A stretch of 64,000 nt of DNA from Polyangiales bacterium (GCA_038230375.1 JBBRNJ010000003.1:1-64000), one strand, 5' to 3'. Counted from the stretch's first letter, positions 18,507 through 31,251 are shown. Made by a program: numbers and translations. The notes: generated by a model not told the origin, from the sequence alone.

Positions 18507-19532
18507 ATGACACACCGAGTGCTCCCATTCGTGCTCGCGTTCGTGCTCGCAGTGGGGCTCGCAGGTTGCTCTCCGCCCGACGCACCGCGCGAGCCGCGCG
18601 TGGAGGCGTCTCCTGCCGTTGGTGCGGCTCCGCATACGAAGGGTGTCCTCGCCGTCGTCGCGCACCAGGACGACGACCTGTTGTTCATGAACCCCGCGCT
18701 CCTCCACCACATCCGCGAGGGCGGGGCGGCCCGCACGGTGTACCTGACCGCGGGCGACGCCGGGCTCCTGCGGTGGGACGACGGGTACCTCAGTCTCTCA
18801 CCGCACGGCGTCCTTACGTATCACTGGCAACTTCGGGAAGAGGGCATTCGCGCCACCTACGCCGCCATGGCGCGCGTGCCCAACGCGTGGAAGAAGTCGA
18901 CGTTGATCCTGGGTGGTCAGCCGGTCGTGCTCTTCACGCTTCGCGACGCGCCGCGCGTGAGCGTGGTGTTCCTGAGGTTGCCCGACGGCAACATGGATGG
19001 CACGGGATTCGAGGGCACCTGCCGCGCATCGCTCAAGCGACTATGGACCGGCGATATCAAGGAGCTTCGCCGCGTCGACGCCGACGTCAACTGCTCCACG
19101 TCCGAACCCGATGCGATGCGTCCTCCGTACGATCGCGACGGCCTGGAGCAACTTCTCGGAGCCGCGATGAAGGACGCCGCCGTTGACGAGGTCTGGACGC
19201 TCGACGCGACCGGACAGAACGGAAGGGACCACTCCGACCACGAGATCGCGGCGCGCTTCGCAGAGGAGTCGCGCCTGCATCATGCGGCGGCGCGTCCCAT
19301 GCGAATGTTTCGCGGCTACAACATCGAGCGCGAGCCGGTGAATCTCTCGCCAGAGGAGCATCACGACAAGCAGGAGATCTTCATGACGTACACGCCGTAC
19401 GACATGTGCAAGTACCCTCGCCCCGCGGAGCCCTCGGGGCGTGCAGACGCGGCCACCTGCGATCACGACATGGGCGAGGGCTACGCGAGCTGGGAGTGGC
19501 GCCAGCGCGAGGTACCTCAGACCAGGCACTGA
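18507..19532 (+). CDS. PIG-L family deacetylase (lipoprotein)
   Basis: VAHQDDDL, YLTAGD, R..G...AY, LPDG, DHSDH; lipobox LAGC. Confidence 0.85.
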   Translation: MTHRVLPFVLAFVLAVGLAGCSPPDAPREPRVEASPAVGAAPHTKGVLAVVAHQDDDLLFMNPALLHHIREGGAARTVYLTAGDAGLLRWDDGYLSLSPHGVLTYHWQLREEGIRATYAAMARVPNAWKKSTLILGGQPVVLFTLRDAPRVSVVFLRLPDGNMDGTGFEGTCRASLKRLWTGDIKELRRVDADVNCSTSEPDAMRPPYDRDGLEQLLGAAMKDAAVDEVWTLDATGQNGRDHSDHEIAARFAEESRLHHAAARPMRMFRGYNIEREPVNLSPEEHHDKQEIFMTYTPYDMCKYPRPAEPSGRADAATCDHDMGEGYASWEWRQREVPQTRH

Positions 19533-19698
19533 TGCGCGCTGTCCGTGGAGCTTGTGCAGCTCCATGACCAGGTATGGCGCATCGCTCGCCCAGTCCACGC
19601 CGGCGCTGCGGATGTCCACGACGTGCTCCAAACGAGTCCGCGATGGCCCGAGTGTATCGCATCTTGGCTCATCGGGCAGCCGCCCCTAAGCTCCGGCC

Positions 19699-21027
19699 AT
19701 GGGGAAGTCGGAGGGGAAGCCGCTCGTCGTCATCATCGGGGGAGGCTTCGGGGGCCTGTCGGCGGCGCGGGCGCTGGCTCGCGCGCCGGTGCGTGTACAC
19801 CTCATCGATCGCACGAACCATCACGTATTCCAGCCGCTCCTGTACCAGGTGGCCACGGGGCAGCTCTCGCCCGCGGACATCGCAAAGCCGATCCGCTCCG
19901 TGCTGCGAGACCAGAAGAACGTCACGGTCTCCATGTCACTGGTGAAGGAGATCAACAAGGACACGCGCGAGGTCGTGACCACCAGCCGCCGCATCAAGTA
20001 CGACTACCTGATCGTCGCGGGTGGCGCGCGGCACTCGTACTTTGGCAAGGACGAGTGGGAGCCGTTCGCGCCGGGCCTGAAGAGCCTGGAAGACGCGCTG
20101 GAGATCCGCCGGCGCGTCCTCACCGCGTTCGAGCAGGCAGAGAAGTACGACGACGAGCCGCGGCGGAAGAGCGCCATGACCTTCGTGATCGTCGGCGGCG
20201 GGCCCACGGGCGTGGAGATGGCGGGCGCGATCGCGGAGCTCGCGCACAACACGCTGAAGTCGGAGTTCCGTCGCATCGACGCGGATCTCACGCGCGTGCT
20301 CCTGGTCGAGGCCGGGCCGCGCGTGCTTCCCGCGTACACGGAGGAGCTGTCGGCGAGCGCAAAGAAGCAGCTCGAAGATCTCGAGGTGGAGGTCCGTCTG
20401 AGCACGCGCGTGACCGGCGTGGGCGATCGTTTCGTCGAGCTCGACGGCGAGCGCCTGGATGCGCACACCGTGATCTGGGCCGCCGGCAACCTTGCCTCAC
20501 CGCTGGCGAAGCAGCTCGGTGAGACGGACCGCGCGGGTCGCCTGCTCGTGGAGGCGGACCTCACCGTGCCGGGACACCCAGAAATCCAGGCGATCGGCGA
20601 CATGGTCGCGATCGACGACAAGGACAAGAAGCCCGTGCCTGGCGTCGCACCCGCCGCGATGCAGATGGGTCACCATGCCGCAAAGAACATCCGGCGACAG
20701 ATCGACGGAGAGGCGCCAGAGATGTTCCGGTACTGGGACAAGGGCAACCTGGCCACCATCGGACGCCATGCGGGCATCGCCGACATCAAGGGGTTCCGTT
20801 TCGGCGGCTACTTCGCGTGGCTCGCGTGGGCGCTCATCCACCTCTTCTTCCTGATTGGCTTCCGAAACCGCACGCTGGTGTTCCTGGAGTGGGCGTGGGC
20901 GTACGTCTTCTACACGCGTGCGGTGCGGCTCATCTCGGACATTCCTCGGCGCGCTTCTGATATCGTGGCCGAGCCGCGCGATCCCGCGCGAGTGGAGCGC
21001 CATGCACCCGAACGAGAAGCTCATTGA
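19699..21027 (+). CDS. ndh: Type II NADH dehydrogenase
   Basis: GGGFGG, HVFQPLLYQVATG, VGGGPTGVEMAG, WAAG, GVAPAAMQMG, LATIGR. Confidence 0.92.
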   Translation: MGKSEGKPLVVIIGGGFGGLSAARALARAPVRVHLIDRTNHHVFQPLLYQVATGQLSPADIAKPIRSVLRDQKNVTVSMSLVKEINKDTREVVTTSRRIKYDYLIVAGGARHSYFGKDEWEPFAPGLKSLEDALEIRRRVLTAFEQAEKYDDEPRRKSAMTFVIVGGGPTGVEMAGAIAELAHNTLKSEFRRIDADLTRVLLVEAGPRVLPAYTEELSASAKKQLEDLEVEVRLSTRVTGVGDRFVELDGERLDAHTVIWAAGNLASPLAKQLGETDRAGRLLVEADLTVPGHPEIQAIGDMVAIDDKDKKPVPGVAPAAMQMGHHAAKNIRRQIDGEAPEMFRYWDKGNLATIGRHAGIADIKGFRFGGYFAWLAWALIHLFFLIGFRNRTLVFLEWAWAYVFYTRAVRLISDIPRRASDIVAEPRDPARVERHAPEREAH

Positions 21028-21481
21028 GACCTTCTACACGTCCTTCCAGAACTCCGACGCCGCAGGCATGATCGCCTGCTACCACCCCGACATCGAGTTC
21101 TCGGACCCCGTCTTTCCCGACCTCACCGGCAAGCGCGCCCGCGCGATGTGGAGCATGCTCGGCGAGCGCAAGGCGGACCCGAAGGATCGGTGGTTCTCCG
21201 ACGTTCACGCGGACGACAAGAAGGGCAGCGCGCACTGGGAGGCGAAGTACAAGTTCCCCGCCAACGGCCGCCCCGTTCACAACATCATCAACGCCGAGTT
21301 CGAGTTCGTGGACGGCAAGATTCGCCGGCACACGGACACGTTCGACTTCTGGCGCTGGTCCCGTCAGGCGCTCGGTGCGCCCGGCATCTTCCTGGGCTGG
21401 GGCCCGCTGAAGGGGCCGCTCCGCAAGCGCCTCGCGAAGCTCCTCGACGACTACATCGAGAAGCACCCAGAGCTCACCTGA
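21002..21481 (+). CDS. NTF2/SnoaL-like protein
   Basis: FY..F...D...M..CYHPD..FSDPVF; N.I.A.F.F.DGKI..H.D.FD. Confidence 0.85.
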   Translation: MHPNEKLIETFYTSFQNSDAAGMIACYHPDIEFSDPVFPDLTGKRARAMWSMLGERKADPKDRWFSDVHADDKKGSAHWEAKYKFPANGRPVHNIINAEFEFVDGKIRRHTDTFDFWRWSRQALGAPGIFLGWGPLKGPLRKRLAKLLDDYIEKHPELT

Positions 21482-21490
21482 CCCAGCTGC

Positions 21491-22477
21491 TCATCCGAGC
21501 ATCGCGAGCAGCGGAGCCACGAGCGCGCGTTGTTCGTTCGTGATGCTCGTGAGAAGCCGCGCCTTCTCGCGCTTCAGCACGGGGCGCAGCGTGGGAAATG
21601 TGCACACGAGCCACTGCGCGGTCTCGTAGGCGAGAGCGGCATGACGTGCCTCGTCCTCCGCGATACGTGTGTAGAGTGCACGCAACTCGGGGAGCGGCGC
21701 GGTGAGGGCGCGCGCAGCCACGTCGTGCGCGGCCAGGGTCTCGCCGATGCACCCGCCGCGGAAGACGTCCGAGAGGAGCGCGGCAGCGAGCGTGTCCGCG
21801 TCTCCCGCCCCGGGAAAAGGCGCCACGGCCGCCGACAAGGTGCCCGGCGCGATGTCGGTGCCCAGGTGTGTCGCGAAGGCGAGCGTGTCTCGTGCGTGCA
21901 CGATCTCGTCGGCAAGCGCGCGCTGCGTCTTGTCAATGAGCCATGCCGGTGCGCCCAGCGCGAGCAGCTCGCACAGCGTCCGCGCGAACGCAGCGACGCT
22001 CGCGTGCTCCGCCAGAGCGTCCGTCACGAGCTGCGCGACCAGCTGCGCGCGCGCGTCACGGGGCATCGAAGCAGCGCTGTCATCGACACCCGCGGGCGCC
22101 TTCGCCCACCACGCGCGCCCGCTCGTGGTCCGCGCCACATGAGTGACGTCGTCCACGAAGAGGGGCCGACCGCCTGGCATCGGACTCATGTCATGACAGA
22201 ACCCCGGCGGCGGAAGCATGTGCGCGCCGTCCGTCCGCATCGCGCAGTGCAGGCCGGGGCCGCAGTCCTTGTCCGTCATGCAGCTCCCGTCGGAGCGCGG
22301 CGGTGTCGGCGGCGGCGTTGTCGTTGTCGCGTTGGGCGTCGGGCGGTCGGTCGCCACCGGCATGGACCTGCTGTCGGTGTCTGGCGTTTGCGGCGGCGGC
22401 GCTTCCTGTTTGCAGCCGAACAGCGGTGACAGCGCAAGGTTGGCCAGGATGAGCGCGGCAACGGAGGAGCGTGACAT
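21491..22477 (-). CDS. Ferritin-like domain lipoprotein
   Basis: Lipobox, GGRP, EHASVAAF, DEIVHA, GCIGET, IAEDEARHA di-iron motifs. Confidence 0.8.
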   Translation of the reverse strand: MSRSSVAALILANLALSPLFGCKQEAPPPQTPDTDSRSMPVATDRPTPNATTTTPPPTPPRSDGSCMTDKDCGPGLHCAMRTDGAHMLPPPGFCHDMSPMPGGRPLFVDDVTHVARTTSGRAWWAKAPAGVDDSAASMPRDARAQLVAQLVTDALAEHASVAAFARTLCELLALGAPAWLIDKTQRALADEIVHARDTLAFATHLGTDIAPGTLSAAVAPFPGAGDADTLAAALLSDVFRGGCIGETLAAHDVAARALTAPLPELRALYTRIAEDEARHAALAYETAQWLVCTFPTLRPVLKREKARLLTSITNEQRALVAPLLAMLG

Positions 22478-22491
22478 CGGTCGATGCTACA

Positions 22492-23736
22492 TCAGGGCGT
22501 GGCGATCTCGAATACGTCGCCCGGGTTCGGCAACACCGCGCGCGCAGAGCCCGCGGTGCCGTTGGTCACGAGCAGCTTTGGTTCGGTGCCGTCGGGCATC
22601 GCCGCGCGCGCCTTTTGCAGCCAGCCAGGGACGTCGAGCAGCGGAATGGGCACTGGCGCGGAGCCCAGCGGCTGCAAGAAATCTTCCCAGTGTCCGCCCA
22701 GGGCGTAGCGCGGCGCGACCGCGTCGGCAGTCGCAGTGGGCTCGTTGTTCACGTTCTGGTAGCTGCCCACGCAGAGCAGCGCGAGGTCCACGCGCTTGCC
22801 CGAGAGGACGGCGTCAGGAATGTGGCCGATGGGCGCGTTCGTCGGCGCGTCCTGGTAGTAGACGCGGAACGTGGGCTTCTTCGTCTTCGCATCCAGGAAG
22901 TCCACCAGGAACGCGAGCGTGGTCCCTTCCTTCCACGCGTCCATGCGGGTGGGCGCCGTGCACTGCTCGCCCTCCACGCTGCCTGGCGCGAAGTGGATCG
23001 GGCCTACCTGATCCGGATGCGTCGAGCACACGGCATAGACGCGCATGTTCGCGCCCGGCACGTTGACCCACGTGCCTGTGAGCGGCGCGCCGGCGGGCCG
23101 CAAATCCGGGCAGTTCGTGTAGTCAACGACGCTGGCGGCCGGGTCGTCCATGGCCACCACGCGGGCGCGATTGATCGTGCTGGACGACGCGGGCGTCCCG
23201 CCGCACGACATGCTGCGGTCCGGCGCGAACGCGTCGAGCACATTGCGCGCAGAGGAGTTCGAGTAGAGCGTCGCCGTGGGCGCGCGCTCCAGCACCGTGG
23301 GCACGTCGAGCAGATGATCGTAGTGCGCGTGGCCCGACAGCACGGCGCGAAGGTTCGCGAGCTTGCTCGCAGGAAGGTTCGCGTCCACGGCGGCGGGGTC
23401 CGAGTGCACCGGCAGCCCCGTCTCCACGGTGAGCATGTTGGGGCGCGTGTAGAGCGGCGCGGTCATGACTGCGTCGGCGCCCGATCGCAGCAGGAAACCA
23501 CCGACCCCCAGGAACTCCACGCGCAGCATGCCTGGTGGCGGTGGGATCGGCGAGGACGGGGCACATGGAGAAGTGACGCAAGGTCCGCTCGCGTCGCCGG
23601 GGGCCGCGGGTTGCGCGACTCCGCTGGTGGTGCCGGGAACAGCTGCGGGTGATGGCGCGCTGGTCGCCGTGGTCTCCGGTCCACCGCCACACGCAGCGAG
23701 CAATGCGAACGCACACGCGAGAGCACCGTTCTTCAT
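22492..23736 (-). CDS. Metallo-beta-lactamase-fold hydrolase, lipoprotein
   Basis: LLAACGG lipobox; FLGVGG, GHAHYDHLLD, GHWEDF. Confidence 0.8.
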   Translation of the reverse strand: MKNGALACAFALLAACGGGPETTATSAPSPAAVPGTTSGVAQPAAPGDASGPCVTSPCAPSSPIPPPPGMLRVEFLGVGGFLLRSGADAVMTAPLYTRPNMLTVETGLPVHSDPAAVDANLPASKLANLRAVLSGHAHYDHLLDVPTVLERAPTATLYSNSSARNVLDAFAPDRSMSCGGTPASSSTINRARVVAMDDPAASVVDYTNCPDLRPAGAPLTGTWVNVPGANMRVYAVCSTHPDQVGPIHFAPGSVEGEQCTAPTRMDAWKEGTTLAFLVDFLDAKTKKPTFRVYYQDAPTNAPIGHIPDAVLSGKRVDLALLCVGSYQNVNNEPTATADAVAPRYALGGHWEDFLQPLGSAPVPIPLLDVPGWLQKARAAMPDGTEPKLLVTNGTAGSARAVLPNPGDVFEIATP

Positions 23737-24332
23737 GCGTCCCTCCCTTTCACCGTGAAGAGCCCCTGTCGTGTCGCGATGCGCAGCGCGCGCCGTGCCC
23801 CCGTGTCGTCCTGCGAGAGGATGCGGTGCATCGCGAGGCCGTCGAAGATGGAGAGGATGAGGCGCGTCGTGGCCTTCACCTCGCTCGCGTCGGTCACGTA
23901 CGGCAAGAGGAACCGCTGGCACATCTTCTCCGCGCGCATGACGAGCAGCGCATCCACGGGAGCGATCACCTCGCGAAGCGTCGGGTCCGTGCGCGACGCG
24001 ACCACCAGCTCGAGCCACGCATAGAAAGTGTTCCCCGTGTACACGCGCCACATGAACTCCGCCGCGTCCGACAGGTCCACCACGCCCGACGGCGTGCTCG
24101 CGAGACGACCCTGGAACTCCGACAGCCGTTGCTCGAAGAGCCGTTGCACAGCGGCCGCCACCAGGCTCTCCTTGGTCGGGTAGTGATGCTGCTGCGCGCC
24201 GCGAGACATCTGCGCACGGCGACACACGAACGGGAGTGACGTGCCCGCGTACCCGCGCTCGATCAACGTCGCGATGGTCGCGTCTAGGAGCCGCTCCGTG
24301 GTCTGGGCAGTCCGCTCGGCCTGGGTCGCCAT
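23733..24332 (-). CDS. TetR-family regulator
   Basis: RLLDATI..L.ERGY.GTS...VCRRAQMSRGAQQHHYPTK. Confidence 0.9.
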   Translation of the reverse strand: MATQAERTAQTTERLLDATIATLIERGYAGTSLPFVCRRAQMSRGAQQHHYPTKESLVAAAVQRLFEQRLSEFQGRLASTPSGVVDLSDAAEFMWRVYTGNTFYAWLELVVASRTDPTLREVIAPVDALLVMRAEKMCQRFLLPYVTDASEVKATTRLILSIFDGLAMHRILSQDDTGARRALRIATRQGLFTVKGRDA

Positions 24333-24354
24333 GGCCCATTTCGTACGCCCAACA

Positions 24355-24380
24355 AAACAAACAGTCAAGACTGATTGTTT
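24355..24380. promoter_or_regulatory. TetR operator-like inverted repeat
   Basis: AAACAAACAGTC-AA-GACTGATTGTTT (one mismatch), AT-rich, just upstream of the TetR gene. Confidence 0.7.
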
Positions 24381-24450
24381 ATGGGATGGGTTGGTCGGCG
24401 CGGTCGTCCTGCGTGCCCGTCACGCGGCGGCGCAGCTGCTTACGTAGGCG

Positions 24451-24987
24451 CTACTTCGCGGCGTTCGGGAAGCGCGCCAGGATCTGGTCGATCGCCTTCT
24501 TCAGCAGCGCGTCGTCCACGCTCTTCGGGTCGACCTCGGCCTTGCCGAAGCCATGCCACGCCTGGACGCCGTTCTTGTCGAGCGCATCGATGATGACCGC
24601 GCCCTCCTCGAACTCCTCCGTGGGCTCCGAAAGAGAGTCGCCGGACTCGCGGTTCGACATGGTGGGCGCCTTCTGCACCTCGCGCCGGCCCACCGCGTAC
24701 ATCCACACGAGATCCGCGTCGGCCACGCTCTTCGCGGGCTCGTAGCCCTTCGCGCGGAGCGCGGCCTCGAGCAGCGGGGCCATGTGGCGCACGGCCTCTT
24801 GCGCCTTGGGCGATGACTTGTAGCGGGCCGGTGCCTGCTCCGAGGACCCGATCGCGTATGTCTTCGCGTGCTGCGCGGCCTCCGCGGCGGGCGAGCTCTG
24901 AACGCGCACTTCCTGACCGCCGCCTCCGCACCCCAGGGCGACCGCGGACAGCGAAGAGAGGACGACCAGGGTGCGGATGACGTTCAT
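24451..24987 (-). CDS. DUF4136-like lipoprotein
   Basis: VALGC lipobox; L.AKGY...AD.DL...Y, EEG.VIID...W.G, ILARFP. Confidence 0.7.
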   Translation of the reverse strand: MNVIRTLVVLSSLSAVALGCGGGGQEVRVQSSPAAEAAQHAKTYAIGSSEQAPARYKSSPKAQEAVRHMAPLLEAALRAKGYEPAKSVADADLVWMYAVGRREVQKAPTMSNRESGDSLSEPTEEFEEGAVIIDALDKNGVQAWHGFGKAEVDPKSVDDALLKKAIDQILARFPNAAK

Positions 24988-25047
24988 GCGGATGACGTAA
25001 GACCTGCATAGGCCCAAGTCGAGCCATATTGCGCGCATTCCGTGCGT

Positions 25048-25698
25048 TCAGCTCGCTGTGCCGCGGAGCATCGGGACGAACAAGATGGCGCCAAGATCCT
25101 CCACGCGCACCTCGCCTGAAGACGCATCCTTGCGCAGGCGGACGAGCCGCTGGTTCTCGAGATCGCCCACCGGCGCGACGAGCACGCCCAGAGGAGCCAG
25201 CTGGGCCACGAGCGCATCCGGCATCGCCGTGGGGGCGGCGGTGACCACGATGCGATCGTAGGGCGCGCCCGACATCCATCCCTCGTAACCGTCACCGACG
25301 TGAACGGACACGTTGGCGTACCCGAGCGTTGCCAGGCGAATGCGCGCAGCCTCCGCGAACGGATGCAGGCGCTCCACCGAGTCGACGTGGGCGCAGAGGC
25401 GCGAGAGGACAGCGGCGTGGTATCCGGAGCCCGTGCCGATCTCGAGCACGCGCTCCTTGCCGGTGAGGAGCAGCGCCTGAGACATCGCGCCGACGACGGC
25501 CGGCTGCGAGATCGTCTGTCCCAGGCCTATGGGTCGGGGTTTGTCCGCGTATGCATCCTCGGCGGATGCGGCCTCGAAGAACAGATGGCGTGGCACCTCG
25601 CGTAGCACCTGGAGCACGCGCGGGTCGGTGATCCATCGCGACGCAGTGAGCATGTCCACCAGCTCGCGCCGTCGATCGTCTTCGTCGAGCTGGCTCAT
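25048..25698 (-). CDS. pcm: Protein-L-isoaspartate O-methyltransferase
   Basis: VPRHLF, GQTISQP, VLEIGTGSGY, GDG..GW...APYDRI.VTAA, FVPM. Confidence 0.95.
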   Translation of the reverse strand: MSQLDEDDRRRELVDMLTASRWITDPRVLQVLREVPRHLFFEAASAEDAYADKPRPIGLGQTISQPAVVGAMSQALLLTGKERVLEIGTGSGYHAAVLSRLCAHVDSVERLHPFAEAARIRLATLGYANVSVHVGDGYEGWMSGAPYDRIVVTAAPTAMPDALVAQLAPLGVLVAPVGDLENQRLVRLRKDASSGEVRVEDLGAILFVPMLRGTAS

Positions 25699-26482
25699 TT
25701 CTTCGGGGCCTTGTCGAACGAATAGCCGAGGATCAGCTTGGCAACGAGGGCATTGCTTCCGTTCGTGAGCCCCTCGCCGATGCCGGCATTGATCTCCACG
25801 GCGTCAATCGACGTGATGTCGATCGCCTCGTACAGGTAGTGCTCCTGCTCGGCCCAGGGTCGCGGCTTTGCGATCGGCCCGAAGCCGGCGTAGTACTCTG
25901 CGCCGATCGCGAGCGCCGAGAAGAGCTTCACCTTGGCCATGGCCGCAGGCTCGAACGTGGGGCCGGCCGCGCGCTCCGGCGTGCCGAGCGGAATGCCAAC
26001 GATCGGGTTCGCGGCGAAGAGCCAGCGATCGTTCTCCCACGCGACGATGGGCCGCACCTCGCTGCCGACGCGGCTGGGATCGTACCGCTCCGGCAAGAGC
26101 GACAGCTCCAGGTTCACGCCGAGGCGCAGCTGCCGAACGCCGCTGTCGGGGAGGATGAACTTCGCGCGCGCCTTCGCACCGGCATAGTCGAACGTGCCAT
26201 CGGGGCGCAGCGCCGTCTGGAAATAGCCGCCGAGCTCCAGGAAATCCGTCAGGCCCATCGACGGCTCCAGTGTCATGTGCGTCTGCTGGTGCATCGGGAG
26301 CGCCGGCGCCTCGGCGGTCTTCACGCCATCGAAGACACGGTTCACATGCAGCTCGAGGCCCGGCGTGCCAGGCGCATTGGCCGTGCCGTCATAGACCTGG
26401 ACCTCGAACGGATCCACGGCCCATGCTCGGGTGGACGCAAGGGTCGCTGCGGCCAGCACGGCTACTGTCGACGCTGTCCTGA

Positions 26483-26486
<4 letters not shown>
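25695..26486 (-). CDS. Secreted/outer-membrane hypothetical protein
   Basis: Signal peptide, FEVQVY...GLELH.N, amphipathic strands, K.ILGYSF C-terminus. Confidence 0.7.
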
Positions 26487-28415
<1,929 letters not shown>

Positions 28416-28426
<11 letters not shown>

Positions 28427-29552
28427 CGTGCAAGCTCACGCAGAAGACCGCGCCCGGCGCCGCGTCCTCGATCCAGATGCGCCCGCCATGAGCGTCGATC
28501 GCGCGCTTGCAGAACGTGAGGCCCAGGCCGCGGCCCGAGCGCCCCACCGTCTCTTCGCCATGCTCCACCTGAACGAACGGGTCGAAGACCCTCTCGCGCA
28601 TGTCCGGCGGGAGGCCGCTTCCTGCGTCGGCAATGCGAACAACGACCTCCTTGCCGTCGCGCTTCGCGGTGATGCTGACGCTGGTGCCTTCAGGTGCGTA
28701 GCGGATCGCGTTCTCCACCAGGTTCGTCAGCGTGCGACGGAGGAGGTCCGGGTCCGCATGGATACGGTCCGTTTCGACGGCCGCCGTCAGGGTCACCTTG
28801 CGGTTTTTCGCAGTGAGCGCGAGGTCGGCGATGATGCTGTCCACGAGCGGACGGAGCTCCACGTCCTTGCGCTGCGGCTGGAGCTGGCCTTCGTCGGCCT
28901 TCGCCAGGTCGAGGAGGTTCACGATCATGCGCGTGAGCTTCTGCGCCTCGTTCCGGATCTGCGCGGCCGAGTCACGCGCATCGGCTGATAGCCCCTTGTC
29001 GCGAAGGAGCAGCTGCGCATGGAGGTCCATCGAGTTCACTGGGTTCTTGAGATCGTGGACGACGAAGGCCATGAGCCGCTCCTTCTGGAGCTGGAGGCGA
29101 AGCAGGTCGTCGCGCTGGCGCTTCTGCAGATCGTAGTGCTCGCGGACCTCGCCGCGGAGGCGCCGTAGCGTGAGCGCGCTCTGCACGCGGACCACGAGCT
29201 CCGTCGGACGAACGGGCTTCGTGAGGAAGTCGTCGCCGCCCACCTGGAGGGCGCGATCGAACGTGTCGACGTCGCGCAGGGCCGTCAGGAAGAGGACCGG
29301 CGTGTCCGCCCCATGGGGCATGGCGCGTAGCTGCTCGCATACCGCGAAGCCGTCCATGCCAGGCATGCGGATGTCGAGGAGAACGCAGTCCGGCGCCTCG
29401 CGCTTGAAGATTTCCAGACAGTCCGCGCCGCGCTCGGCCAGGAAGACCGTGTAGCCCTCGTCCTCCAGCGTGCTCTGGGCGAGCAGACGGTTTGCCTCGT
29501 TGTCGTCAACGACGAGGACCTTGGCTGGCTTCTTCTCGCTGGTTGACTGCAC
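28416..29552 (-). CDS. REC-HisKA-HATPase hybrid kinase/response regulator
   Basis: LVVDDN, LDIRMPGMDG, HDLKNP, NAIRY, GLGL; start codon uncertain. Confidence 0.9.
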
Positions 29553-29649
29553 GTCGCCGACCTCTCCGTACCGCCGAACGGGGCCCATGGGAAGGTGCGG
29601 CGTGCAACCGTGCAAGATCTTCATTACAGTTCGTCCGTCTCAGGGGGTC

Positions 29650-31251
29650 ATGCCGAAACGGGTCCTGTTCGTCGTGAAGGAGATCGAAGGCGCGGAGCCC
29701 CTTGGGCCGCTCTACGTCGCGGGCTGTCTGCTGCAGGCGGGGCACACGTGCGCGTTCATCGGCACGCGCGGCAACGACGTCATGGCGGCCATCAAGCGGT
29801 GGGCGCCGGACATCGTGGCGTTCGGCGCTACCACGGGTCTGCACCGTTTCTATCTGGGCCTCGCGGCGCGCATCAAGGAGGAGCTGCCACACGTGGTCAC
29901 GCTCTTCGGTGGTCCGCACCCCACGTTCTTCCCGGAGGCGATCTTCTCGCCCGGCATCGACATCATCTGTCGCGGCGAAGGGGAGGACGCGGCCGTGGAG
30001 CTCGCGAACGCGCTCGATCGCGGAGACGATCACACGCACATCGCCGACCTGTGGGTGAAACACGACGGCAAGGTCACCCGCAACGGCCCACGCGAGCTGC
30101 GCCGCGACCTGGACGAGATCCCGTTCCCGCCGCGCGAGCTCCTCTATGCGTACGACGATCGCCTGCGCCAGCGTCCGCTGAAGTCGTTCACCACGAACCG
30201 CGGCTGTCCGTTCCCGTGCAGCTACTGCTTCAACCCGTCACTCACCGAGCACTACGGCTCGTCGTGGAAGAAGGTGCGCATCCGCAGCCCCGAGAACGTG
30301 GTGCGCGAGATCGCGGAGACGCGCAAGAACGGGCCGCTGCAGGTCATTGGCTTCCGCGAGAGCATCTTCGTGTACCGCGAGGACTGGCTGCGCGCGTTCG
30401 GTGAGCTCTATCGCAAGGAGGTAAAGCTCCCGTACTACTGCCACCTGCGCGCGGACATCGTCACCGACGAGATGGTGGAGCTGCTCGCGTGGAGCGGCTG
30501 TCACACCGTGAACGTCGGCATCGAGACCGCGAACCCGCGCCTCGCGAACGAGGTGCTCAAGCGCCAGATCAAGATGGATAAGCTGGAGCGCGGCATCCGC
30601 GCGCTGAAGAAGGCGGGCATCGTCGTCTTCGCGGACAATATCCTTGGCATCCCCGGCGGCACCTTCGAGGACGATCTGGCCACGCTGCAGCTCAACATAG
30701 ACCTGGACGTGGACTACGCCGCGGCCACGCTCTGCACACCGTATCCGGGTACCGGGATTGCCAAGTATGCCGTGGACAACGGCTTCTTCAGTGGCGACTT
30801 CGATCTGATCGACGACAGCTACTACACGGAGAGCGTGATCACGTTCAAGGACCCAAAGGACAAGCGAAGAACGGAGAATCTACACAAGTTCTTCGCCGTG
30901 ACGTGCGCACTGCCAGAGCTCTTGCCTCTGGTCATGCGCCTCATCGAGCTCCCCACGAGCGACTTCCACTACGCCATGTTTCGCGCGTGGTACCTGGTCT
31001 GTCACATGACCGATGTGATGCCACGCAGACCAGACCTGCGACAGCTCAAGGAAGGCCTGCTCTCCATCTTCGGCGTCTTCGAGGGCAAGGAAGAGAACTG
31101 GTTTCCCATGCCAGATCCCGTGGCGCTACCCATCGTCGAAGGCAAGACCAAGGAGTCCGCCGAGGCAGCGCCCACCGAAGGTGGCACCCTGATCCGGCTC
31201 GGCAAGCGCGCCGCCGCGCCCGCACTGGCGATCGGAGGCGAGCGTGTCTGA
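29650..31251 (+). CDS. B12-binding radical SAM protein
   Basis: GGPHPT cobalamin domain, RGCPFPCSYC CxxxCxxC, GIET, PYPGT. Confidence 0.9.
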   Translation: MPKRVLFVVKEIEGAEPLGPLYVAGCLLQAGHTCAFIGTRGNDVMAAIKRWAPDIVAFGATTGLHRFYLGLAARIKEELPHVVTLFGGPHPTFFPEAIFSPGIDIICRGEGEDAAVELANALDRGDDHTHIADLWVKHDGKVTRNGPRELRRDLDEIPFPPRELLYAYDDRLRQRPLKSFTTNRGCPFPCSYCFNPSLTEHYGSSWKKVRIRSPENVVREIAETRKNGPLQVIGFRESIFVYREDWLRAFGELYRKEVKLPYYCHLRADIVTDEMVELLAWSGCHTVNVGIETANPRLANEVLKRQIKMDKLERGIRALKKAGIVVFADNILGIPGGTFEDDLATLQLNIDLDVDYAAATLCTPYPGTGIAKYAVDNGFFSGDFDLIDDSYYTESVITFKDPKDKRRTENLHKFFAVTCALPELLPLVMRLIELPTSDFHYAMFRAWYLVCHMTDVMPRRPDLRQLKEGLLSIFGVFEGKEENWFPMPDPVALPIVEGKTKESAEAAPTEGGTLIRLGKRAAAPALAIGGERV

